Assembly: GCA_963675755.2 (NCBI GenBank)
Contig: CAXXMD010000003.1
Span: 1,888,001-1,952,000 of the forward strand
Direction of reading: 5' to 3'
DNA from: a bacterium
Lineage (GTDB): Bacteria > Zhuqueibacterota > Zhuqueibacteria > Residuimicrobiales > Krinioviventaceae
DNA length: 64,000 bases
How positions within the stretch are numbered: the stretch's first letter is position 1; each line of letters begins with the position of its first letter. Made by a program: the position numbers and the translations under genes. The notes under the pieces are model-generated. The model was not told where the DNA came from, did no database searches, and saw nothing but the letters and a program-made list of their open reading frames with translations. Shown piece after piece: positions 49,796 through 58,318 of the stretch.

Positions 49796-51019
49796 GTGGA
49801 AAAAATAGAAAATCCCGAATTTAAACCCAAATCTCCGGTTGTAGCCGTTGTTGATGATGAAGAACTGGTAACCCGCTCCATTAAATCATTTTTGGAAATG
49901 GAGACAGATTACCAGGTATTGACCTACCTTTCTCCACGTGAGGCTATAGAAGATCTTTCCCTGAATCAGCCTGACCTGGTGATCGCCGATTTTTTAATGC
50001 CGGATATGAACGGACTCGAGTTTTTGGCCGAGATCCGTAACCGGTATCCCGATGTGCCGCGTGTGCTGCTAACCGGTTACGCGGATAAGGAAAATGCTAT
50101 CAAAGGTATTAATGATGTGGGTTTGTTCCAGTATATTCAAAAACCCTGGGACAATGACAATCTGAAACTGGTCATCAAGAACGGTCTGGATAACAAGAAT
50201 CTGGAACAAACGCTGAAAGCCAAGATCCGCGAGATTGATACCATTCTGCGTCAACGTGACGAGTTGTTTCAGGTAAATAATCTCTTGCAGGAAGAAATGA
50301 CCTTTGCCAAGCGCATCCATTCCAATCTGATTGGTCCCGAAAGTGTTGAACATAACGGTATAGCCGTTCATAATTTGTATCAACCGGCTTTTGATATTGG
50401 CGGTGATTTTTACGATGTGATTCCGCTTTCTGATAATCGCCTGGCAGTGATTCTGGTGGATCTGACCGGTCATGGTATTCAGGCTGCACTATGTACCGCC
50501 TTGGTAAAATTTGCCGTCAGCGGATTGCAAAATTCTACTGCCAGTGCTGTTGAGATTATGCGGGGGATCAATAAAGTGATGTACCGCGGACTGCCCAGAG
50601 AGATCTTTGCCGCAAGTCTTTTAGCTGTGATCCATACAGAAACCGGAAATTGTGAATTGTTAAACGGCGGCATTCCTTATCCTTTGTTGCTAAAACGCAG
50701 TGAAAAAGAGATTGAAAAGCTCAATATTAACGGTATGCTGTTGGGCATGCTGGAAGATGCGCTGTACAAACCGGGCGAGATTACCGAGATCAATCTTGCT
50801 AAAGGGGATTGTTTGTTCATGTTTACGGATGGTTTGAGTGAGGCCCAGAACAGCAAGGGTGAGTTTTTAGAAGTACATCATTTGTGTGACACCATAACCG
50901 AGAATCTTGATGCAGACCCGGTTACCCTTTCTAACAATCTGGCGGATATGGCCAGACAATTTAACGAAAACGGACAAATGGTGGATGACATGACCATTGT
51001 CTCCATCGAACGTAAATAA
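49796..51019 (+). CDS. Response regulator fused to PP2C/SpoIIE phosphatase (RsbU/RsbY-like)
   Basis: VVDDE...IADFLMP...LTG...KPW; coiled coil; GGDFYD, DLTGHG, FTDGL, DDMT. Confidence 0.92.
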   Translation: MEKIENPEFKPKSPVVAVVDDEELVTRSIKSFLEMETDYQVLTYLSPREAIEDLSLNQPDLVIADFLMPDMNGLEFLAEIRNRYPDVPRVLLTGYADKENAIKGINDVGLFQYIQKPWDNDNLKLVIKNGLDNKNLEQTLKAKIREIDTILRQRDELFQVNNLLQEEMTFAKRIHSNLIGPESVEHNGIAVHNLYQPAFDIGGDFYDVIPLSDNRLAVILVDLTGHGIQAALCTALVKFAVSGLQNSTASAVEIMRGINKVMYRGLPREIFAASLLAVIHTETGNCELLNGGIPYPLLLKRSEKEIEKLNINGMLLGMLEDALYKPGEITEINLAKGDCLFMFTDGLSEAQNSKGEFLEVHHLCDTITENLDADPVTLSNNLADMARQFNENGQMVDDMTIVSIERK

Positions 51020-51028
51020 TACAAGGAA

Positions 51029-51964
51029 ATGATTATGGACCGCAGATCGTTTATTAAAACCTCCGGTGCTGCTGTGATGGCTGCCGGATTGGTAAATTCA
51101 TCCCTGTTTGCGGGGACATCCCCCGCTGGAATTGGCATGTGCGACTGGAACCTGCCCAAAGGTTCGGCTAATCCCGATATCATTGCAAAAGCTGCCGAGG
51201 TTACTTTGCAGGGCATTCAGGTGAGTGTGGCAACGAGTCCCGATAATGTACCTTTGAGAGACCCAAAAGTGCGCCAGCAATATGTTGAACTGGGAAAAAA
51301 GAACGGCATTACCTTTCACTCGGTTGCTGCCGGTAGTATTTTGAACAAATACGCCCTGGCCACTGAACCCCAGTCCGCGGTGTATGTGATCGATGCTATT
51401 GAAGCAGCTCAAACCCTGGGTGCAAAGAATATTCTGATTGCGTTTTTTGGTAATGGTGATTTGTTGAAAAAAGACGCGGATGGCAAATACTATACAAAAA
51501 CCATAGACGGATACAATGAGCACGAGCTGGATGAAGCCCGTGTGGAAAAGGTCATTGATTGTTTGAAACAGATCGCTCCACGTGCCGAAGCCGCAGGAGT
51601 TGCTTTGGGACTGGAAAACACCTTGTCCGCCAAACAAAATTTAAAGATCATTGAAGGCATTGGATCACCCATAGCGCAGGTCTATTACGATGTGGGCAAC
51701 TCGTGGGGCAACGGATATAATGTGCCGGCAGAGATCCGTAAACTGGGCAACGACCGTATTTGCGAAGTACATCTCAAGGATTGGAAAACCAAGATTTTGG
51801 GTGACGACAAGGCCATGGTAGACATGGATGCCTGTTCAAAAGCCCTTACGGATATCAACTATGACAAATGGCTGGTGCTTGAAACCAGTGGCCGTAAAAA
51901 CGAGTTTGAAGCAGACACCAAAACTAACGTGGCGTTTTCAAAACGTGTATTTGGTGTGAGTTGA
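51029..51964 (+). CDS. Tat-exported sugar phosphate isomerase/epimerase-family (AP_endonuc_2) protein
   Basis: DRRSFIK Tat motif, GMCDW, LIAFF, LGLEN, VYYDVGNS, EVHLKD, LVLET. Confidence 0.88.
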   Translation: MIMDRRSFIKTSGAAVMAAGLVNSSLFAGTSPAGIGMCDWNLPKGSANPDIIAKAAEVTLQGIQVSVATSPDNVPLRDPKVRQQYVELGKKNGITFHSVAAGSILNKYALATEPQSAVYVIDAIEAAQTLGAKNILIAFFGNGDLLKKDADGKYYTKTIDGYNEHELDEARVEKVIDCLKQIAPRAEAAGVALGLENTLSAKQNLKIIEGIGSPIAQVYYDVGNSWGNGYNVPAEIRKLGNDRICEVHLKDWKTKILGDDKAMVDMDACSKALTDINYDKWLVLETSGRKNEFEADTKTNVAFSKRVFGVS

Positions 51965-51974
51965 CAAAAAAGAC

Positions 51975-52003
51975 TTGATTAAAAGCGGTATATCTATTAT
52001 ATT
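51975..52003 (+). promoter_or_regulatory. Sigma70-type promoter of tRNA-Lys
   Basis: TTGATT-17 nt-TATATT, 24 nt upstream of the tRNA. Confidence 0.55.
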
Positions 52004-52027
52004 TACAATTGTGCAATAAAGGCACAA

Positions 52028-52100
52028 GCGCCTATAGCTCAATTGGCAGAGCATCTGACTCTTAATCAGCAGGTTCGGGGTTCGATTCCCTGTGGGCGCA
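52028..52100 (+). tRNA. tRNA-Lys(CTT), CCA not encoded
   Basis: Acceptor GCGCCTA/TGGGCGC, D arm GCTC/GAGC, anticodon loop CT-CTT-AA, T arm CGGGG-TTCGATT-CCCTG, discriminator A. Confidence 0.95.
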
Positions 52101-52107
52101 CAAAGAA

Positions 52108-52193
52108 CGATTTCCGCCAAAGGCGGACCGTGGCCCTGTGGGCGCACAAAACATTAGGCAGTCGTAAGACTGCCTTTTTTTATTTTAGGGGGA
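52108..52193 (+). repeat. 86-bp direct repeat 1 (15-bp palindrome + tRNA 3' end + terminator + AGGGGGA)
   Basis: Matches 52489-52574 at 84 of 86 positions. Confidence 0.95.
52156..52181 (+). terminator. Rho-independent terminator (second copy at 52537-52562)
   Basis: AGGCAGTC-GTAA-GACTGCCT followed by a T run (GNRA loop). Confidence 0.85.
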
Positions 52194-52200
52194 GCCATCC

Positions 52201-52461
52201 ATGTATTTTGTTTATGTGTTGCTGTTGAGTAATAGAAAAAAATATATCGGGCAAACAAATAATCTTGAGAGAAGATTATCAGAGCATAAATCGGGGAAAA
52301 GTAAATATACAAAGGGATATAAAGTCGAAAAATTATTATATGTTGAAGAGTATACAACCCGAAAAGAAGCTATGGATAGGGAAAAATACTTGAAATCCGG
52401 GCAAGGTCGGGAATGGCTAAAGCAATTTTTAAACAGTAAAGATATCGGGGCCGAGTGTTGA
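52201..52461 (+). CDS. Small stand-alone GIY-YIG nuclease (SLX1/UPF0213-like)
   Basis: MYFVYVL...KYIGQTNNLERRLSEH..G..KYT...E...EAMDREKYLKSGQGREWL. Confidence 0.93.
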   Translation: MYFVYVLLLSNRKKYIGQTNNLERRLSEHKSGKSKYTKGYKVEKLLYVEEYTTRKEAMDREKYLKSGQGREWLKQFLNSKDIGAEC

Positions 52462-52488
52462 AAACACGAGGTGCGCCAGAGGCGCATT

Positions 52489-52574
52489 CGATTTCCGCCA
52501 AAGGCGGACCGTGGCCCTGTGGGCGCACACAATATTAGGCAGTCGTAAGACTGCCTTTTTTTATTTTAGGGGGA
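52489..52574 (+). repeat. 86-bp direct repeat 2
   Basis: Partner of 52108-52193; preceded by a related palindrome TGCGCCAGAGGCGCA. Confidence 0.95.
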
Positions 52575-52710
52575 TTGGTTTTTACCACAAAGCCGCCAAA
52601 ATCACAAAGTATCACATCCGCTGGAGAACAGACAAGCTTTAAACGCGAAAGTTGACCGGGTTTCATGTTGTTTCTGGTTCCAAGGGCTCTGCCCTGGGAT
52701 CAAAAAAAGT

Positions 52711-52741
52711 GATCGTGACGGAGATTATCTCCGTCACGATC
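52711..52741. repeat. 31-bp perfect palindrome, copy 1
   Basis: GATCGTGACGGAGAT-T-ATCTCCGTCACGATC. Confidence 0.92.
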
Positions 52742-52924
52742 TTGTTATGGTTATTTAGTAAACAGAATGTGATATGTCATATATTTTTATGACAATCTGC
52801 GTTCATCTGCACGAGATCGACTTTTGATGGGTTTATACAAGAGCAAAACAGCAACATTTCCTGTTCGATTTTATCCCCAAGTTTATCAATATTTAAGTTG
52901 AAAAGGTTTTATTATGATAACTTT

Positions 52925-53359
52925 TCAATCCTCTGCTTCAAGCCAATTCGATAAAAGCTGTTCAATGGTTAGCAGGCCTTCAAGCTTTCCGGCTTTGTTT
53001 ACTACGGGAATGGCATCAAGTTGATGTTTGACCATCAGGTTGATGACTTTTTCAAGCGGGTCCGACTCGTTGCAGGTAATAAAATGTTTGATGAGCAAGT
53101 CCTCCGCATGTTCCGATGTAAGCAGAGAGTAAAGTTCTGTCACTTTGCTGCTTGCAGAAACATGATGCGAAAAAATCGCTTGAAATAATCGTTTACGGCT
53201 GACAAGTCCCAGTAAATTGTCGGAATCATCCACAACGCAGAGATAATGGGTTTCCGGATGTTTTACAACGAGTTTTGCCATTTTCCGAATGGTTATGGTT
53301 CCGGATACATTGCCGATAGTATTATAAGGATAGAGATCTTTGATCAACTGCTTTTTCAT
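52925..53359 (-). CDS. CBS-domain pair protein
   Basis: LCVVDD...LLGLVS and IPVVN..GKLEGLLT; ATGA overlap with the antiporter. Confidence 0.88.
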   Translation of the reverse strand: MKKQLIKDLYPYNTIGNVSGTITIRKMAKLVVKHPETHYLCVVDDSDNLLGLVSRKRLFQAIFSHHVSASSKVTELYSLLTSEHAEDLLIKHFITCNESDPLEKVINLMVKHQLDAIPVVNKAGKLEGLLTIEQLLSNWLEAED

Positions 53360-54579
53360 GATTCTTTTCCCTTTTCTCCGTTTTGCGTTTGATCGGGGAT
53401 TTCGCCGGCTTTGGAAATTGCAAATTTTACCGACATTGGACCAATGATTTGGACCAATAGTGTTGTTGCGGCAATTACATTAATTACAGTATGCCCCAAA
53501 TGTTCTCCGGCAGTTCCTAGTTTACCAAAATGCTGATAAATATCGAGCGCAAGGCCAATGGCAACGCCGGCTTGCGAAAACAGAGCGAACCCGAGATACT
53601 TTTTAACAGCGGAAGGCGCTCCGGATATAACCGATCCCAGAAAAGCTCCTGACCATTTACCAATTGTTCTGCCTAGAACATACAAGATACCCAGAATCCC
53701 CATAGACGGCATGAGCCCCAATTGCAATCTGGCGCCAACAAATAAAAAGAAAATAATATAAATCGGGGGGACAAAGCTTTTTACGATTTCGAAATTCGAC
53801 TCGTTTCGGTCCCGATGAAGATTGGTAAGAGTAAGGCCAACAGCCATGTTGGTGAGGATGAGTGAAAGGTCATAATATTTGGCGATACCGCTTGCTAAAA
53901 ATATGGCTGCAATATTTATCACCAGTTGGTCATCTCGTGAAGAGATCCAGCGGAGTACATAGTTGATGATCAATGCGATTGTAATTCCAAGCAAGAGTGA
54001 ACCAAAAATTTCAAACAGGGGCTGTAAAAGCATGATTTTAACACTCAACCCACCGCCGGCAACAAGCGCGTTTGCAAAGGCAAAAGCAAATCCATAAAGA
54101 AAGAGTGCCAGGCCGTCATCAAGTGCCACAATGGCTAATATTGTTGAAGTCAATGGACCTTTTGAGCGATATTCCCATAAAACATCTACAGTTGCCGCCG
54201 GTGCAGTAGCTGAACTGAGAGCGCCTAATAAAATGCCCAGCGGGATATTCTTTGTTAATAATATGGTCAGGATGCTAACAAAGAGCATGGCCAGCAGCCC
54301 CTCGGAAAGCAAAATACTAAAGAATTGTTTTCCATATTTTTGGAATATAGAATATTTGAGTTCTCCACCAACCATAAAACCAATAAATGCCAACGCTATT
54401 GACGTCAGAGCGGATAATTTATCAAGGGTTTCTATCGATAAAAAATGCAGAACCGAGTCCCCAAGTACAACTCCAACGACAATATAGCCAACCACCTGTG
54501 GAATACCAAAACGTTCAAAAAGTCGTCCGCCTGCCAGACCCAGTGCCATAATAAGGCCAAGGGTAAATAATATATGCAT
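53356..54579 (-). CDS. Cation:proton antiporter (CPA2/Kef-NapA-like)
   Basis: About 12 TM helices, PQVVGYIVVGVVLG, ALAFIGF.VGGEL, ATAPAAT, VALDD, FF..VGA.L, GR..GK, QAGVAIGL. Confidence 0.92.
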   Translation of the reverse strand: MHILFTLGLIMALGLAGGRLFERFGIPQVVGYIVVGVVLGDSVLHFLSIETLDKLSALTSIALAFIGFMVGGELKYSIFQKYGKQFFSILLSEGLLAMLFVSILTILLTKNIPLGILLGALSSATAPAATVDVLWEYRSKGPLTSTILAIVALDDGLALFLYGFAFAFANALVAGGGLSVKIMLLQPLFEIFGSLLLGITIALIINYVLRWISSRDDQLVINIAAIFLASGIAKYYDLSLILTNMAVGLTLTNLHRDRNESNFEIVKSFVPPIYIIFFLFVGARLQLGLMPSMGILGILYVLGRTIGKWSGAFLGSVISGAPSAVKKYLGFALFSQAGVAIGLALDIYQHFGKLGTAGEHLGHTVINVIAATTLLVQIIGPMSVKFAISKAGEIPDQTQNGEKGKES

Positions 54580-54904
54580 TCTGAATTATCCTCTCATTTG
54601 CTCATAGGGCTGCAATTGGCGAGTTATGCAGATACCCTGCCTGGAAGAAAAGTTTAGAATATATCAATTTGGGTGATTAATTTAAAACAAAATGAATGTT
54701 TTCAATTCATTGCTTTTAAATATCAACAAGATGACAGAATGTTATATTTCATCTATTAATTTTCAAGAAAATCAGACAATTGTAAATCGTAAACTATTTG
54801 ATGTGAATTAATATTTATTAGACTCCGGATCACGTTATAATCCATGTTGATTTAATAACGAGAAATGTATATCTTGATAAACCAACGACTATTACTTTTA
54901 ATGA

Positions 54905-56572
54905 ATGGATTTCAAGATGAAAAATATGCTTCTAGTAGTCATTTTGTTTTTTTATGTAGTTTCGGTGCAGGGACAGGCTAGCAATCCACTTGATGATATC
55001 TTAATAACATCGGAAGAGGGTAAAACCCAGGTAGAAACCAATGAAAATGGAGAATTGCTGGTAAATGTATCTCCAAAGGATGTTCAAAAATTCAGAGCAA
55101 ATGGAAACGTCCATTACAGCGATTTTGGCGCTGTGGGTGACAGTAAAACCGATGATTTAGATGCTATTGCTGCAACCCATGCGTTTGCCAATATGCACAA
55201 GCTTTTGGTCAAAGCCGATGAAGGAGCAACCTACTATATTGGAAAGACAGAACGCACTGCGGTCATTCAGACCGATACGGACTTTGGTACGGCTGCGTTT
55301 ATTGTTGATGATAGTCAGGTACCAGTGGAAAAACGAGGCGCTTCTGTTTTCAAGGTATCCTCAACCCAGGAACCGGTCGAAATTAAAAGTATAACCTCTC
55401 TCAAGCGCAATCAGGAGAAAATCGATATCACTTTACCAAAAAGCTGTCTGGTTACCGTTACCGATTCGAATGTAAAACGATACATCCGTTTTGGATTGAA
55501 TCAAAACAGCGGATCTCCGCAAACAGATATTTTTGTTGTTGATAAAAATGGAAACGTGGACAAGAATACACCCATCATTTGGGATTTTGATGAGATTACC
55601 GAGATTAACGCCATACCCATTGACGAGACCACACTCAACATCACCGGTGGACGTTTTACGACAATCGCAAATACTGTTGAATCCAAATACACCTATTTCA
55701 GCCGTAACATGGTGATCAATCGATCAAATGTGCTTGTGACCGGACTGGAACATCGCATCACCGATGAAGGAGATCATGGTGCGCCCTATAGCGGATTTAT
55801 AACCATCAGCAACTGTTCCAATGTGACTGTCAAAAATACCATCCTGACGGGACACAAGAAATACTATACCATCGGTTCGGCAGGCAAACCGGTACCCATG
55901 GGTTCTTATGATATTTCAAATGGTCGTGCCCTCAATATATCCTTTATCGATTGCAGTCAGACAAATGATATCAAGAACAATACGTACTGGGGAATCATGG
56001 GCTCCAACTATTGTAAAAATCTGGTATATGATAATTGTAAATTCTCCAGGTTCGATGCCCACATGGGTGTTGCTAATGCCACCATTCGCAATTCAACCCT
56101 GGGTCACATGGGAATCAATGCCATTGGTACCGGAGTTTTGACCGTAGAGAATTGCACCATTTATGGCAGAAATCTGGTTAATCTTCGCAGCGATTATGGC
56201 AGTACGTGGCGGGGAGACTTTATCATCCGCAACTGTACGTTTGTGCCTTCCGGAGGTCAAACAACGAGTGCCAGCCTGTTCGGTGGTTCCAACTCGGGCA
56301 AGCACGATTTTGGTTATACCTGTTATATGCCGGAAACCATTACCATAGAGTCCCTCCACATAGATGATTCCAATCATCCCGAGGAATACCAGGGTCCCGC
56401 TATTTTTGAAAATTTTAACAAGGAATATACAGACAGCACTTATAAAGAAACGTATCCATATATCAAAACCCATAAAGTCATTCTTGAAAACGTGACCACA
56501 GCAAGCGGAAAAAAAATAAGGGTAAGTGATAATCCCTATATGTTCAGGGATGTCAAGGTAGTCGCTGAATAA
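54905..56572 (+). CDS. Secreted right-handed beta-helix (pectin-lyase-like) protein
   Basis: Signal peptide, YSDFGAVGD.KTDD..AI N-terminal motif, repeated N/C ladder (VTVKNT, ATIRNS, LTVENC, FIIRNC). Confidence 0.75.
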   Translation: MDFKMKNMLLVVILFFYVVSVQGQASNPLDDILITSEEGKTQVETNENGELLVNVSPKDVQKFRANGNVHYSDFGAVGDSKTDDLDAIAATHAFANMHKLLVKADEGATYYIGKTERTAVIQTDTDFGTAAFIVDDSQVPVEKRGASVFKVSSTQEPVEIKSITSLKRNQEKIDITLPKSCLVTVTDSNVKRYIRFGLNQNSGSPQTDIFVVDKNGNVDKNTPIIWDFDEITEINAIPIDETTLNITGGRFTTIANTVESKYTYFSRNMVINRSNVLVTGLEHRITDEGDHGAPYSGFITISNCSNVTVKNTILTGHKKYYTIGSAGKPVPMGSYDISNGRALNISFIDCSQTNDIKNNTYWGIMGSNYCKNLVYDNCKFSRFDAHMGVANATIRNSTLGHMGINAIGTGVLTVENCTIYGRNLVNLRSDYGSTWRGDFIIRNCTFVPSGGQTTSASLFGGSNSGKHDFGYTCYMPETITIESLHIDDSNHPEEYQGPAIFENFNKEYTDSTYKETYPYIKTHKVILENVTTASGKKIRVSDNPYMFRDVKVVAE

Positions 56573-56591
56573 AAGTTACTATTGAGCGTTT

Positions 56592-56618
56592 AAGGGCAGT
56601 CAATTATTGGCTGCCTTT
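56592..56618 (+). terminator. Probable terminator hairpin
   Basis: AAGGGCAGTCAA-TTA-TTGGCTGCCTTT after the stop at 56572. Confidence 0.55.
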
Positions 56619-56635
56619 ATAATTAAACATTATAT

Positions 56636-56666
56636 GATCGTGACGGAGATCATCTCCGTCACGATC
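56636..56666. repeat. 31-bp perfect palindrome, copy 2
   Basis: GATCGTGACGGAGAT-C-ATCTCCGTCACGATC. Confidence 0.92.
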
Positions 56667-56784
56667 TTTTATTTGCCGCATCCTATGTTGTATTGATGCT
56701 GCCCTACTTTTCCCTCAAAAAAAATCATTTGATCTTTTCTTCCCGTGGCTTATCTTAGTAAACAACAATTCGGGAGGTTGGTCC

Positions 56785-58227
56785 ATGAAACGCAGAGCAT
56801 TTCTCAAATCCATGAGCGCGGGCGCAGGATACCTGGTATTGAACAGCATGTGCGCGTCTAAAGCATCTCATAATAAACCCAATATCGTTTTATGTATGGC
56901 GGATGACCAGGGCTGGGGAGATATGGGCTATTACGGGCACCCCGAGTTGAAAACGCCAAATTTTGACGCCATGGCGGCAGAGAATTTACGTTTTGATCAT
57001 TTTTATGCTGCGGCACCGGTTTGCTCGCCCACACGAGGCAGTGTAATGACCGGAAGGCATCCCAATCGGTTTGGCTGTTTCAAATGGGGCCATACCCTGC
57101 GGCCGCAAGAGATTACCATTGCCGAAGCACTAAAGCAGGCGGGTTATGTAACCGGTCATTTCGGCAAATGGCACCTGGGATCTGTGTGCAAAAACAGTCC
57201 CGTAAGTCCTTGTGCAAGCGGATTTGACGAGTGGTTGTCCGCCCCCAATTTTTTTGACAACGATCCCATCTTGAGCCGTGAAGGAACAGCCGTTCAAACC
57301 CATGGCGAAAGCTCTATGGTAACCGCAGACGCGGCCATTGAATTTATAGAAAAACATGCCAACCAGCCCCATCCTTTTTTGGCGGTGGTGTGGTTTGGAT
57401 CCCCGCATAATCCCCATCAGGCAATTGAGCAGGACCGTGCATTGTATGCCGCATCCGAAGAAAAATATAAAGATTTTTACGGCGAAATTACCGGCATGGA
57501 CCGGGCGTTCGGTAAGCTGCGTAACAGATTGAAATCTCTGGGTATTGCCGAGAATACGATCCTTTGGTATTGCAGTGATAACGGTGGATTGCCGGGGCTG
57601 GCAGTGACCGGAGGACGGGAATTCAAAGGGAGTATATATGAAGGTGGACTCCGGGTACCGGCAATTTTAGAGTGGCCTGCAAAGATCAAAGCGCACCGGG
57701 TGACTCAAGTGCCTTGCAACACCGTGGATATATATCCCACATTGTTGGATATTGTGGGAGTAACAATGCCCAATCAGCCAGTGCTGGATGGTGTAAGCCT
57801 TTCCGGAATCATTGACAGAAGTATGGACAAACGCCCCAAACCCATGGGATTCTGGTCGCATCCCACCCGCGGTATCAGTACGCCCAGTAAAGTTTGGATG
57901 AAAGAAATGCTGGATGCCCAGAAAGCGGGAGAAGATTGTACGGATCCCTCGCGAATCCATCCGGATGCCGCAGAGATCAAACAGCAGTATTCAACAGACA
58001 GTTTTCCGGGACACTCGGCCTGGCTGGACTGGCCCTGGAAGCTGCATAGGATTGAGCAGGATGAAAAGATCACGTTAGAGCTGTACAATCTGGAAACAGA
58101 TAACATGGAAGCAAAAGATTTGGCAAATGCCAAACTGGATAAAACAAAATCCATGCTTGAAGGATTGGAAACGTGGCTGGTCTCGGTGGTGAACAGCCTG
58201 AACGGAAAAGATTATAAAAAAGTATAG
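56785..58227 (+). CDS. Tat-exported formylglycine-dependent (S1) sulfatase
   Basis: KRRAFLK, PNIVLCMADDQG, TPNFD, CSPTR, GKWHLG, SDNG, KG..YEGG.RVP, ELYNL. Confidence 0.95.
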   Translation: MKRRAFLKSMSAGAGYLVLNSMCASKASHNKPNIVLCMADDQGWGDMGYYGHPELKTPNFDAMAAENLRFDHFYAAAPVCSPTRGSVMTGRHPNRFGCFKWGHTLRPQEITIAEALKQAGYVTGHFGKWHLGSVCKNSPVSPCASGFDEWLSAPNFFDNDPILSREGTAVQTHGESSMVTADAAIEFIEKHANQPHPFLAVVWFGSPHNPHQAIEQDRALYAASEEKYKDFYGEITGMDRAFGKLRNRLKSLGIAENTILWYCSDNGGLPGLAVTGGREFKGSIYEGGLRVPAILEWPAKIKAHRVTQVPCNTVDIYPTLLDIVGVTMPNQPVLDGVSLSGIIDRSMDKRPKPMGFWSHPTRGISTPSKVWMKEMLDAQKAGEDCTDPSRIHPDAAEIKQQYSTDSFPGHSAWLDWPWKLHRIEQDEKITLELYNLETDNMEAKDLANAKLDKTKSMLEGLETWLVSVVNSLNGKDYKKV

Positions 58228-58318
58228 AACACGATTAAAACGAATAACACGAATTTTCACGGATTAATTTTATATTGTTTCCATCGAATTCAGAGGTTGG
58301 TAATATTAAGGAGTTGAA

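Larger units (their letters stand above)
52108..52574 (+). mobile_element. Putative integrase-free, tRNA-associated GIY-YIG mini-element (381-bp period)
   Basis: GIY-YIG gene bracketed by direct repeats that contain the tRNA-Lys 3' end. Mobility is inferred. Confidence 0.55.

Noticed and set aside
52028-52100. tRNA-Lys as pseudogene (T-C mismatch at top of anticodon stem, no CCA)
   Set aside because: All other arms and invariant bases are intact, a promoter is present, and CCA can be added post-transcriptionally.
52088-52574. CRISPR array or prophage/ICE attL-attR
   Set aside because: Only 2-3 repeats with irregular spacing, derived from tRNA; no cas, integrase or phage genes in the window.
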